A DNA stretch of 64,000 nucleotides, taken from Octopus vulgaris. Taxonomy: Eukaryota. The position numbers and the translations under genes are program-made. Below, piece by piece: positions 1-13,464 of the stretch (its first letter is position 1; every line of letters starts with the position of its first letter). The DNA is taken from NCBI GenBank assembly GCA_951406725.2, contig OX597830.1, positions 58,466,001 through 58,530,000 on the forward strand. The letters run 5' to 3'. The notes under the pieces were generated by a model. The model was not told where the DNA came from, searched no databases, and worked only from the letters and a program-made list of their open reading frames with translations.

Positions 1-1107
1 GCATCTCATATTTTCTGTCTCCTATCAAATAAAGAAACATATTTAGCTTAATAAGTGTAATGGTTCACTTAATTGCCAATTAATTAATATCCAAATCATA
101 GTTTAAATGTAATTCAGAATGCTAAAGAATCAAAGAATTTTTATTTTTATTTTACTGGACTTTTTCTTTTTCTAATAATTTACTTGAATAAATTATCCAC
201 TAAAACTGTACAAAATATTGAACAATCAACCAAATCCCAGTGTTGCAAAACCAATGTGTGAATACCAATAGATTTCAAGGTTAGGCAATGTTACTTATCT
301 TTTATCTATTATTTTAGTCGTTTGACAGTGGCCAAGCTGGGGCACTGCCCTGAAGAATTTAATGGGGGGCGGAGAAAGAATGAACCTCAGTACTTCTTTT
401 TTTTTTTTTTTAAAGCCGGATCTCTTTTTGACAAACCACTAAGTTACAGGGACATGAACAATCGCTGGCTGTCAAGCAATGGTGAGGGACAAACAGACAT
501 TATCACACAAACACACGGAGGCTTTCTTCAGTTTTCCCTCAACCAATTCTTTTTACAAGGCTTTGGTCGATCCAGGGCTATAGTATAAGACACTTACCCA
601 AGGTGCTGTGCAGTGGAACTGAACCCAGAGCCATGTGGTTAGGAACCAAAATTTAATTTAAATACTGTTTCCATATTATATACTAAACAAGAGAGAAGGA
701 CAAAAAACTAGCTGCTAAGTAGCTTATATGGTTACATTAAAAGGCAAAGTTGGCATTTCAAAGAAGTAGATACAATCTTGTTATGTCTTCTGAAAACTGA
801 AACCTATCCTTTCTTTTCAAAACCATATCAAATAATAAACAACAATTCACCAGGTATTATTCTAATTAAACAGTAATCATAGCTTTCTTCTCGGGTGGTT
901 TTAATTTTGTTATTTTATTACCCGTAGCTACAAACTATAGCTCAAAATTCATCAAAATAAAGATCGGCAGAAGATAAATCCATTAAAAATGTCTTAAAAG
1001 AAATTGTCAAGATTACTTTCCACTTGATACATTCCAGAAAAGCCTAATCTAGTCTTTTTTTTTTTTCTTTTTTCTGGAATACAAAAATGTTTTTAAAAAA
1101 AACTTAC

Positions 1108-1186
1108 CTGTATTAACATAAGGTTTAAATTCTTCTCCCATTCGATCAACCATCAAACACAGCACTTCAAGACCATTCAAGGAAAT
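1108..1186 (-). CDS. CLASP: CLASP second coding exon (79 nt)
   Basis: TTATTTTATAG| acceptor and CAG|GTAAGT donor. Reads ISLNGLEVLCLMVDRMGEEFKPYVNT+G in phase 0, continuing the upstream exon. Aligns to CLASP1 VVLLGMDILSALVTRLQDRFKAQIGT. The gene continues beyond the window's left edge. Confidence 0.9.
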
Positions 1187-2626
1187 CTATAAAATAACAT
1201 GGTTACATTTTAAATCAACAAGTCAATTAGAATAGCTTATCAATATTAATTTATTGAAATTATTTCGTATTATTTACAAATCTTAAATGTATCACTAATT
1301 TTCTTTAAGTTCCTACTAAAACAGTACTGGAGTTATTTGCCAAAGCAAAAAAATGAAATAAATGCAAGGAATTAGGAATGAGACATTTTATACTAAATAT
1401 AATGGTTTCAAATTTTGGTACAAAGCCAGCAGATTTTGAGGGGAGGGGAAAGTTAATTACATAGACCCCCAGAAGTTCACTGGTAGTATTTTATCGAACC
1501 CAAAAGGGTGAAAGGTAAAGTCGATCTCAATAGAATTTGAATGCAGAACATAAAGAGAAACGTAAAGACAGATAGAATGCCGCTAAGCATTTTGTCCAAC
1601 CCATGCCAGCATGGAAAACGGATGTTAAACAATGATGAGGATGATGATACTAACAGTTCTGCCAGCTCGCTCACCCCCCTTTCATACCAAATCTGAAATA
1701 ATGGAAATAAATGCAGCATAGTGCAAGTACGGAGTGGTATGGTTAAGTGGTTGGGAAATTAATTTTCTAGTCATGTGGTTCCAGGCACAGTCCTGTTGCA
1801 TCTCTACTATAGCCCAGGGCCAACAAAAGCCTTATGAATGGACTGGTTGATGACAAGTGAAAGAAGCCTGCTGTGTGTGTGTGTGTCTCTCTCTCTCTCT
1901 ATCTTGACATTGTATGACAGTTGTAAAGAAATGCCACTGACAAATGGTGCCATTTGTTTATAATCTGTCTTGGAAAAGATTACCATTCTTGGAGACAGGT
2001 AACTCTAGAAAGATCTGCCTCAATGTGTGTGTGTGTGTGTGCATATTTCAACAGCTTATTTGATTCAGGGTATTTTTAATTAAATTGTTTAACCCCTTTC
2101 TGTTGTTGGCATATTTTTAATGGAACGTGCAAATATGCTTTACAAATAATTTCAAAAACAATCAAGAATCAGGATTTATGAAAATGGCTTTTTCGTGTGT
2201 TTGGGACCTATTAACAGTGTTCTTTGATAAAATTATGATTCTGTTTAAGTAAGAACACTTTAAAATGGGAAGTTCTGCATCAGTGAACCAAAGGTGGCTT
2301 AGGTGCATCATCATTTTAACATCCATGATTTCATGCGTGCATAAGTCAGACAGAATTCACTGATGCAGATTTTTTACAGCTGCATGCCTTTCCAGTCACC
2401 AACCCTCACCTGTTGCCAAGCAAGGTAATTTATTTATATATATATATTCTTTTACTTATTTCAGTCATTTGACTGTGGCCATGCTAGAGCACTGCCTTTA
2501 GTTAAACAAATCGACTCCAAGACTTATTCTTTGTAAGTCTAGTATTTATTCTACCGGCCCCTTGCCAAACAGCCAAGTTATGGGGATGTAACCAACATCA
2601 GTTGTCAAGCGATGGTGGGGGGACAG

Positions 2627-2690
<64 letters not shown>

Positions 2691-4803
2691 AAGCTTCTTC
2701 CAGTTTCAATCTACCAAATCCACTCATCAGGCTTTGGTCAGCTTGGGGCTATAGTAGAAGACACTCGCCCGAGGTGCCAGACAGTGGGACTGCACCTGGA
2801 ACCATGTGGTTGGGAAGCAAACTTCTTACCAGACAGTCACCCCTGCATCACATTTTCATCTTTACTAGTAGTACACATAACTCTAAAACATAAATAGTAC
2901 AACCTTGGAATGAATTGTGGGGAGGGAGTATATTCCAATATCACAACATCAATATTAAGCAGATTGCATAGCTTCAAGGTTCTCATCAGTTTGCTTAATC
3001 TGTTGTTGTAATACTAAGACTATGTTATCTTTATAGCTTCCACAACATGTTTTAAACATACATGTCATTCAGTGCGTATCATCATCATCATTTAACGTCC
3101 GTTTTCCATGCTGGCATGGGTTGGACGGTTTGACTGGGGTCTGGGAAGCCAGGAGGCTGCACCATGCTCCAATCTGATCTGGCAGTGTTTCTACAGCCAG
3201 ATGCCCTTCCTAATGCCAACCACTCCAAGAATGTAGTGGGTGCTTTTTATGTGCCACCAGCACAGGGGCCAGAGGAGGGTGGCAACGACCATGATCAGTT
3301 GGTGCTTTTTATGTGCCACTGGCACGGAAGCCAGTCAAGGCGGTGCTGGCATCAGCCACGTTCGGATGGTGCTTTATACAGGTCACCGGCACAGGGATCA
3401 CAACTACAATTTCCATTTGATTTTGATGTACTTGATGCAAGGTACTTTTGAGTGGGCTGGTTATGCAAATTTCTTAATTATCAAACTAACAGAAATACAT
3501 AAATTAGTCACATCTCTGTGAATTAAAATGCGTTTTCTCTTATAGTTCTATACCAATTGTTGGTAACATTGCAGTGGATTAAACAAACTCCAGCAAGAAC
3601 TCTTAAAACACCGAAACTAATTAGTTTGGTACACACAGTGCTACACAGGACTTGTATAGTGTTCAGATTTCATTCCACAAACAAGATTATTTTATATTCG
3701 TAAATATATTTCAGTAGAACAAATGGTTTTCATTTTGGCCTATCGGTAAAGAAACTGCTGAGTTGTATAGCTCAAAGAGATGAGATAACGTACAGCTCAT
3801 ACTTTCATCAGATTAAAATATATATTATACATACATTATATATATAATCTTACATACACACTGAATTAAATTTGGAAAATTTAGTGAATGTTGTAGAGAA
3901 TTTCATTACCGGGGACTAAAGATGTGTGTGTTACTCATTCACTTAACATATGGAAAACAGCAATGAGTGATTAAATCACAATAATAGAAGGTCTTTTAGT
4001 GCTGAATATATTTTACCTTCAGAAAAAAAATGTCAGTGTTAAGGCCTAAGGAATCTACTTGAGAGTTATTTATAGATTTCTTCATGAAGAAACTTTATGC
4101 AACAGAGGTTATTGAGGTAGGATTTGATGACTGCCATTTGCCAAGCATCCTTTATAATATAAACATACATTAACCCTTTCTCCCTGTTAGCTTGGGCTGG
4201 ATGCAAAAACACTAGCATTCTTATAAGTGTTGGCCATCAACAACAGGGTAAAATGCATTGATGCAGTTAGCAATGTACATGTGGAGGGCAGTAACTCCAA
4301 ATGCAAATTCTGATGACCTGTCCAACCCATGCTAGCATGGAAAGCAGACATAAAATGACGATGGTGAGTCTGATGATGATTTACTCTTGGGAAAGTCGTC
4401 TTTGTCAGTTTTATTTATATTTAAAAAAGAATAAATAAATAAAAACTTGATGTGTGGTTTCTAACTGGCACTATAAACTGAAAAAACTGCAGAATTCATA
4501 AACCTGTTGAGAATTGATTACAGATATTTGTTTGTGTGCAAAAGAAAGTTCATCTCTTCTTGTTTAAAGGTCTCAGACCATCTGCTTCCATGAGTAGATG
4601 ACAAACAACTGGCTTAGATTCAACCAATTCAAGCTGACAGACAATAAAAGCTGCAGCTTGTAACGCCAGGTGAAATCCAGTTGCAATCAGGTGACTGGGG
4701 GGGGGGACACTGTGGAGACTGATATTTATTTTGTTACAGTGAATGTCAAATCATTTTCCTCGATTATAAATACAAGCACAGGAACCAATTGACAGGACCG
4801 TAT

Positions 4804-4969
4804 CAGGATAATTACCCACAGAGGACAACCCCACCCTGACGACAACTACCCCCCACTTGGTTAATTAACCCCCACTTGGTTAATTACCCCTCTCTAATAT
4901 ATTAAGTTTTAAATCATCATCTGTTGTGCTGGGGGGGGGGGTATTGTCCATGGGGGGTAAATGTCCTAG
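4804..4969. mobile_element. Small TIR element with C-rich/G-rich subterminal repeats
   Basis: AGGATAATTACCC … GGGGTAAATGTCCT termini and repeated GGACAA/TAATTACCCC units. Confidence 0.45.
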
Positions 4970-6192
4970 ACTCAACAGGACCCAGATACTTTTACCACAG
5001 CCATTGTAAGAGAAGGTAAGTATCTTATTAAACAAGGAGGTAAAGCAGAAAGCCATACAATTCCAAAAGTTTTAAGGGTTATAATGTTATGTATCCAGTG
5101 TCTTAGTCAATAACAGTTACCAGTAAATGGTAAAACTAACAAAATAGGAACCTGAGAAAGTTGCTGTCTTTAATCCTGGCTACACACACACACACTTGAC
5201 TTGAAATAATACAGTAGTCAATAACTCTTTAATTGAAGACCACTGATACAGGTGCAACACTTGTTACCTGACAGATTCCCCAAAGGACCATTCATTGATT
5301 TGTCAACATATCACAGTATTCCAACTCCTTGATTTCTGGCTATTACTACTTTTCAGATACAAGCTAACAAACAAGCCTTACATGCTCCCTTCACCTACCA
5401 ATAAAAACAATTAAAACAAAAAACAACAGGCACAGGCATGGGTATGTGCTAAGAAGCTTGCTTCCCAGACACATGGTTCTGGGTTCAGTCCCACTGCATG
5501 GCACCTTGGGCAAGTGTCTTCTACTATAGCTTCGGGCCAACCAAAGCCTTCTGAGTGGATTTGGTAGATGAAAACTGGAAGAAGCCAGTTATATATATAT
5601 ATTTTATATATATATATATGTTAGAAGTATTGGGGGTGATGTACAGATTTAATACATTTGAAAGAAAAAAGGTGTTCAGAATGCTGAATGGTTGTAAAAA
5701 AAGTAAAAGTAGTAAAAATATATTTTATATATATATGTTGATATATGTGGTCGTGTATATATGTATGTATGCATATATGTGTGGTTCTATATGTGGGTAT
5801 GCATGTGTATGTGTGTATATATGTGTGCGTACATATATATGTTCATATGTGTGTGTGTGTGTGTACATGTATGTATGTATGTATGTGCATGTATATTTGT
5901 ATATGTATGTGTGGGGGGGTGTTTATATATGTATGTGTGTGTGTGTTTGTACACATATTGACATGTGTTTAGGTGTATATATATATCAAACATTGAATGG
6001 TCAACCACCTGTTCTTTTAGAAACCTAAGGGAGTGCCAAGTGAAGAATGGACACATTTTCTTTATATTTTTATTTTCCTTTTTTTTCCCTTTCTTTCTCA
6101 TTTTCAAGAACACACAGTACATGTATGTATGAATGTTTATGAAAATGTACACACACAATAGGTTCCTCCATATGTGTATATATATCTGAGAT

Positions 6193-6444
6193 ATCACTGT
6201 GATCACCAGGCTATCAGATGTTGCTATACATCGCTGGTCACAATGCGCTTCGCATTGCTTTAGCCTTCAAATGATGCCACCCCGCTGGCTAAGCGAGCAA
6301 GCCAACAGAAGAAAGAGTGAGAGGAGCCTCGTGGAGCTTTGGGTATTTTCGCTCAATAAACACTCACAACGCCCGGTCTGGGAATCGAAACCGCAATCCT
6401 ACGACCGCGAGTCCGCTGCCCTAACCACTGAGCCATTGCGCCTC

Positions 6445-6445
<1 letters not shown>
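6193..6445 (-). mobile_element. SINE family B, inverted copy with an internal deletion
   Basis: Reverse complement of 13124-13425, lacking ~50 nt in the middle. Confidence 0.85.
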
Positions 6446-6495
<50 letters not shown>

Positions 6496-6816
6496 GTTTA
6501 TATGTGGGGATATATGTGTGAGTGTACATAGCAACACTCCTACTATTGAAAAACAAACCCTTTTTTTTTCCTTCTCTCTTTCCATTTCTTACAAGGGTCA
6601 TCCAAAAAATACAAAAAGACCCCAAAAAAAGAAAAAAGAGAAAAATACACAGTTCTAAAACACACACACCCATATTCTCTCTCTTTCACCTTCTCCATCC
6701 CTCTCTCTCTCCTTCTCCCTCCCTCTATTCTCCATTATACACACACACACACACACTCTCTCTCTCTCCCCACTTCATTTACCAATAATATAAATACAGG
6801 CAAAACTTTTAAAACT

Positions 6817-6860
6817 GACATTTCTGATGAAACTACAGGAGTTGAAAGTGCTAATTTGAA
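6817..6860 (+). ncRNA. Degenerate hammerhead core
   Basis: CTGATGA-AACT-acagg-AGTT-GAAA-GTGC-TA. Perfect 4-bp stem II and AGTGCT (probably a decayed AGCGCT palindrome). Stem I is mostly lost. Confidence 0.45.
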
Positions 6861-6948
6861 GAAATAATATGTGATATGTAAATAGATATATATATATTTT
6901 TACAACCATCCAGCATTCTGAACACCTCTCTTCTTTCATATACATATA

Positions 6949-6991
<43 letters not shown>

Positions 6992-7340
6992 TATTTGTGT
7001 GTGTCTCCCTACCATCACTTGACAACCGATGATGGTGTGTTTACGTGCCAGTAACTTAGCAGTTTGGCAAAAGAGCCCAAAAGAATAAGTCCTGGGTCAA
7101 TTTCTTTAACTAACACCCTTTAAGGCAGTGATCCAGCATGGCCACAGTCAAATGACTAAAACTAGTAAAAAGAATTTTAAAAAAAGAAGAATGCAGCAAG
7201 ATCCTCATCAAATCATATCTTAACCATCTTATTTAAGGTAGAGGTAGACTTGATAATGCTGTCCAATAAAATCCTTAAAGACAGAGTAGTGACAGCTGAA
7301 GTACATAATTGTGACTTAATCACTTTCTGGCTATGGACAT

Positions 7341-7429
7341 ATTTCCAAGCACTAATTAATATGTTGGTTATACTTTTTTATGAAATACTTTAAATAGTGT
7401 AACCAACATATCAATTAGTGCTAGAAAAT
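7341..7429. repeat. Short hairpin (~38-bp stem, 10-nt loop)
   Basis: AGCACTAATTAATATGTTGGTTATACT vs AGTGTAACCAACATATCAATTAGTGCT. Confidence 0.8.
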
Positions 7430-10350
7430 ACCAAGGAAAACATAGTTACAATACCCTAAGCTACTAAAACATATTTTCTGAAATGAGGCAAGGAAATGCA
7501 TACAACGGTTTGTAAGCTTAGCCAGGGTGGATACTTCAGGGTGCAATGACTAATGCATGGTCCTAAGCTGAAGTCTATATCAAGTCTATATGCGTGGGTG
7601 GTAATTGGTCTTCAAGTTCTTACCTAATGTTTCAAATGTCAGTGTTGTTAAACATTAATATTTCTGTCAGTGTTTTCTGTTTGTTTAGACGTTAACAGCA
7701 ACTGAAACATTCTCCAATTCAAACACTGGAGTAAAGAGTTTTAAGTGTTTTGCAGATATTGTTAATTACAGAGGGGTTGTCAGCTGCAGAGTAATTAATA
7801 TGAAACAGAAGGGTTCACAGTTAATGTATATCATCATGTTTGAATGCAAGATACCAAATTTTAATCAGATAATCACATTTAAAAATATTAACTGTGTAAG
7901 AGAGAGAGAGAGAGATCAGACGAGCAAGAGAGAAAGACTATGTGAGTGAAGGCGTGTGTATTTGTGAAAATGTTTCCATGAGAGAAAATAAGAGTAAAAG
8001 ATGTGTATTGAAATACACAACATTATGTATTGATAATACAAAAGTATATGTATGAGTGTGAAACTACATGCCTATGTTAGAAATCATTATTTAGGAATTG
8101 TTTTAGTTATTGATTTAAGGTACTGAAAGATTGAAAAACGAGGAACAGTACACAAGAGGGTTTCTATCAAGGTGCTATAATTGCTAACGAGCTAGTTACA
8201 CTGAAAACACTTTGGCGTCAGCTTCATGTGAATATATTTAAAAAAGTGACATTGATCAGTTGAATAATATGAATGGGGAGCTGACAAAATATTCTGAGTG
8301 ACTCAAAGTGTTATTAACAAGTAAATGGCTTGATCGGTTAACACCTGAAGTAAAAATGCCTGCTTACGTCCAGTTAAAAAGAAGTCAATAAAATAAATAT
8401 ATTGACCATATAGAATTTGGTAGATGGAAACTGTACAGAAGACCTCTGTATGTGTGTGTGTGTGTAGGTGCAAGTAAAAAAAAAAACATCCAAAGTAATC
8501 TAGGTGGTAATCCAGTGTAAAGTTCCAAGTTGGAGTTCCAACATTAAACCCAGAGGATGTCCAATGTCTGGATGCCCTTCAGTGTATTGGGTGCATTTTC
8601 TTATACCACCAAGGTGAAGGGACTCAATGACCTAAGGGGTGTAGATCAAAGAGGGGAGGAGGAGAAGAGAAAGGACGACATCAGAATGGAGTGGAAGTGT
8701 AGTAAGACAGTTCTCAATAACCTGGGGTGTATGCATTTTCTAAGGTAATATAAGAGGGGTGGGGAAGTGAAGAGAGAAGGAGCAAGACATCAGAAGGACC
8801 AGGAAGAGTGAGAAGATGAAAGGGGTAAGAGTAGGATGGGAAGTATGAAGGGAAAAGGGGGCGGGATTGTTTGGGAGTGGAGTTAGTAAAGGAGTAACTG
8901 GTAATAGCAGAAGGAAAAAAAGATAAAGGTGAGTGATGAGATAAATGTAAGACTGGGGGAGGATGCAATAGAGTGGGCCCAGGGAAAGGAGTGGGGTGCT
9001 GGTTGGGCAGTTTGTGTGGGATGGGAGGCATGGCTGCATGGTTAAGACATTTGCTTCCTAACCACATGGTTTCAGTATCGTCCCACTGAGCAACACTTTG
9101 ACCAAAGCCTTACTATGGATTTGGTAGATAAAGAAAAAGTCTAGTGGACATGTGTGGATGTGCATACACACACAAGACCAGAAACAGGGTGTGCTGAAAA
9201 TTAAAGCAATATTTTATACAATGAATTGGCTATATTTAATACTGGGTTTACAAATAAAGCAGAAATATGAAATAGAAGTATTACAGAAGTCTAAAAACAG
9301 AGAGAGAGAGTGATTGGTTCTATGGAAGAACTATATTTTTAGCAAATTAGAGGGATTTTATTGCATGATGTTCAGGCAGAGAGAAATCAAAGAGAATAGT
9401 GATAGTGTCTTGGTGCTGCTAAGAAGACCAGGATGTCATATTCTCATTAGAGGATGTTTGTTGGAGTTAATGGAAGTAGTGCCTAGCATGGTGTCTAAGT
9501 TGCTCAATTATGTGTGTGCAAAGGGTTAATGGCAAATTAGTAAGTGACAGACTAGCTGCGTTAAGAGAGCTTAACCTTGTCACATAATGTCATATTGATT
9601 TTGTGAAAAGCACCTTTCACGCGTTGGGCCTCACAGAGGCAAAGTGGCAGAGCTCCTTTTGAGTGTTGGACCTCACAGAGGCAATGACCAAGACCTTTGG
9701 CATTATGCTGTGCTTGAGAAGACCCATCAAGCCAAGCAAAACTGCAGTCGTGGAAGATACCAGTGTCATGCAAATGGCACCCATGCCAATGGCACGTAAA
9801 AGCACCCATTGCACTTTCAGAGTGGTTGGCATTAGGAAGAGCATCCAGTCGTAGAAACCATACCACATCAGACTGGAATCTGGTGCAGCCTTCCAGCTTG
9901 CCAGCCCTGGTCAAACCATCCAACCTATGCCAGCCTGGACAACGGATGCTAAATGATGGTGAAGATGATTACCTAAAAGGTACCCATGTGAACGGAATAA
10001 TGAGCTGTTTAGACTACAATTTAATAGAAAAAGGAAGGTTGGTTCATAGAACGAATGCAACCCACACACACTGAAACTGACATAAGATTATACCATTATC
10101 AACAGCAAGTTCATAAATATACGGGAAGCAATGTAGAGAGGTACTAGGACAGATAAAATGTGACAGAAAATGAACACAATTTGCATTGCAGCAAACTTAC
10201 AAGAAACCTCTAAACCAAATGAAGAGAGGGATGAAGCCCACAGAGTACACAAGCTAAATAAGGTTGAAAGGCAACAACATTGCTTTTATAGAACTACTTG
10301 CTGAATTCATTGGATTTGATGAATAGGTGAAAGATTTTGCAATTTGGCAA

Positions 10351-10393
<43 letters not shown>

Positions 10394-12193
10394 GGTGAGC
10401 CAAGTGGAGTGGAGAAAGAGTTTGGGGTGAATTCTGTGTATCTAATAAGAAGCATGGAGCAAATGTGAAGGTTTTACAAATAGGAATGTGTAGCAGGGGT
10501 GGTAGGAGGATTCTGTAAGGTTAGTGAAGGTAATCACAGTAAGAGACAAGTAAGCTCTTTTAAAATTTGGAAAGATCAATGTGTACTGGTTTGTTTATTT
10601 TTTTTAAGATGAGAGGATGTGATATGAAATTCAGCTGCTATTCCTGGCAGGTCAAGTAACTGCAGAAAGGTTTTCTGTAGGCTTGAATACTTCATGCTCA
10701 GAGTGAGTTTGGGAAAAAGTAAAAACAGATGAATTTAGAGAAATCAGGAAGTATTACTTTGAGCCAGAGTAACTGGAATGTTTTGTTGGCCGATAGATTG
10801 TAATTTGGGCAAGAGAGAGGAGTTAAAAATGAAAGATGAGAAGCCTGTGGTTTGCATATTACTAAATAGTGGTGGGTAAGATTACAGTTGGACAGAAGTC
10901 TGCAGGAGTTGTGTAGGGAAGGAGAATTCTTCAGTAGTTTTTTGATACAATGATTCTGGAGTGAATTTTTGGTTGAGAAAAAGGAAGAAATCATAACCCA
11001 CCAAGTTGTCTCTAACCTCTATGCAGATCTCAGTGAATAGCCTAGTTGAGAATCAGGTCCCAGCTGGACCACTCAAAAACTCTGTGCTAGTTGGGAAAGG
11101 CACCGGTCATAAATTGAAGTGGAAAGTATCAGATTAAACACTAGGATTTGAGAAGACTGGATTATCTGGTAGCAAGCTTTTACTTGAAACTTTTTTGTTT
11201 TCTCTGTCAGTACTGTTCAACACTCAGAAGTCTTTCACAAGCTCAGATGTAATTGTAAGTAACACGTTGAGAAGATTGCCTTCTTCAGTCTGAGGGACCA
11301 AATACTTGCATCCGACAAAGAAGAAAAAAGTGAGGTGGCCAATTAGTGAGTGTATAGTGATAATAATAAAGAATTCACTATTGAAAAGTAATGGTCTTTA
11401 AAAGGCCCAACATCCTGAGATCAATCCTACAATTTCTTCCTTATCTTCCTCTTCCACGAGTGCCTTTCTCGTCACTCATGTTCCATTTGCATTACATATC
11501 TAAACCAGCACAGTGTCCCTCTTCTACATTGCCCAACACTGTTTATGTCCTGTTATTATCTCAGTTTACTGGGTTCTGCTTCTCATACAAATTACCATTA
11601 CAAATCTAACAGATGAGGTTTTGCTTTATGTTTCCAGTTTCTACAGACCTTCTATAATCAATACGCTTGACTCATAACCACACAGCATAATGATTATACA
11701 CAATTCATAGAGTCAGACCTTTTATACAGTTGAACCAACAACCTCCTAAACCACTTATTTACTTTAGCACCAATGCTTTTACCACAGTCCTCCTGCAACT
11801 TAGGCATCACATCAACACCCCCGCAAAACCCCAAGAGAAATAACATCATAACACCAACACATACGGTCTTATGTCTACAAATTACAACAGAAATTCAGAC
11901 TAATACAGAGGCTACATGACAAGTTAAAAAGAAAAACCTCCCATACAACCCAGACATTTTAACAAGTGCCAACATCAGCAAAGCTTTCATCAGCATTATT
12001 TACTATCCACTTGTACACAACATATTCAAGATCTTAATAAAATGCTGGCTAATAAACTTCTTGTTAGTTTGCCAAGTGTATGTATTATACAAGAACAACA
12101 CTTCCAGAACTGGTAATTTCCTCGAAAGGAATACTACATGGGTTCATCTTCTCATCCAGTCTTTTCAACCTTTCCTCACCTCCTCAAAACATA

Positions 12194-12724
12194 TGAGGGT
12201 GAGTCAAAAAGTAATGCCATTTTATTTAGGACAGGTATAATTACCAACACAGGAACATGTATCATACATCAAAATGAAGCTGGTCCTCTGTGGATCACAT
12301 CCCTACTTCTTATTCTCTCAATAGCAATGTTCCACCTTCAAATGAGAGTATGTATCTCTATCCCATAAAATTCTGTTAACTGTTCTTTGAGCCACTTCTT
12401 CACTACAGTTTTCACTCCCTTGTCACTGGAATAATGTTTGCCTCTCAAACCCTTTCATGAGGCCAAAGAGATGATAGTCCAGTGACAATGATAGTTCAGT
12501 GATGAAGAAGTGGCTCAAAGAACAGTCAACAGAATTTTACGGGGCAGGGAAGCATGCTCTCATTTGAAGGTGGAACATTGCTGTTGAGAGAAACGGTGAC
12601 TATGTAGAGAAGTAGGGATGTGATTCACAGAGGACCAGCTTCATTTTGATGAATGATACATGTTCCTGTGTTGGTAATTTTACCTGTCCTAAACAAAATG
12701 GCATTACTTTTTCACTCACCCTTG
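12194..12724. mobile_element. Mariner-derived fold-back MITE made of two inverted 3' ends
   Basis: TA target-site duplication. TIR TGAGGGTGAGTCAAAAAGTAATGCC. Encodes transposase C-terminal relics DYHLFGLMK…GKHYSSD..VKTVV and KKWLKEQSTEFY.AG.HALI*RWNIAVERNGDYVEK*. Confidence 0.88.
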
Positions 12725-13123
12725 TAGATAACTTCATACACAAATCACACCACACTGACATTCTCCCCCCATTCCACAACCACTGCAACCTGATATCTAT
12801 CATGTAGAAATCTAGTTCCAAAACAAGATTTAAAGTAGTCCCCTCCAAATCCACCATGTCCCTTCTTTTTTATAACTCCAGAGAAAACCAAATACAACCA
12901 TTCATCACTTTTTAAAATACACAAAAAACAAAAATCTAAAACATTACAACTTCACAACACAAACAAAACAATGCATCAAGACATTGAGAAGACTTGCAAA
13001 AGACACATTTGGCCAACAGAAGGAACAACAACAATGTATAAGCAACATGTGTAGTCCTGCCACAGGAAAAGAAATATTCACCTTTGAAACACTAATATAT
13101 ATATATATAGGCGCAATATATAT

Positions 13124-13420
13124 GGAGGTGCAATAGCCCAGTGGTTAGGGCAGCGGACTCGCAGTCGTAGGATCGCAGTTTCGATTCCCAGACCGGGTGT
13201 TGTGAGTGTTTATTGAGCGAAAACACCTAAAGCTCCACGAGGCTCCAGCAGAGGGTGCTGGCGATCCCTGCTGTACTCTTTCGCCACAACTTTCTCTCAC
13301 TCTTTCTTCTGTTGGCCTGCTCGCTTAGCCATCGGGGTGGTGTTATTTAAAGGCTAAAACAATGCGAAGCGCATTGTGACCAGCGATGTGTAGCAACATC
13401 TGATAGCCTGGCCGGTCACG

Positions 13421-13425
<5 letters not shown>
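13124..13425 (+). mobile_element. tRNA(Arg)-like headed SINE, family B (possibly octopus OR-type)
   Basis: Head GGAGGTGCAATAGCCCAGTGGTTAGGGCAGCGGACTCGCAGTCG…TTCGATTCCC with a TCG anticodon-like loop. Flanked by (TA)n. Confidence 0.85.

Positions 13426-13464
<39 letters not shown>

Noticed and set aside
3690-3815. Minus-strand CTGATGA…TACT-GAAA-TATA-TT
   Set aside because: No stem I pairing. Compatible with chance in AT-rich DNA.
5268-5394. Possible cassette or poison exon of CLASP (TAG|…CAG|GTAACA on the minus strand)
   Set aside because: It has an in-frame stop, no homology and only average splice signals, which is expected by chance in 47 kb.
5555-6788. Several 65-157 aa ORFs rich in Y/I/C/V/H/T
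   Set aside because: These are translations of (TA)n, (TG)n and (CA)n microsatellites and SINE sequence.
13124-13200. tRNA-Arg gene
   Set aside because: It is the head of a SINE: it continues into a body shared with 6193-6445, and the cloverleaf is imperfect.
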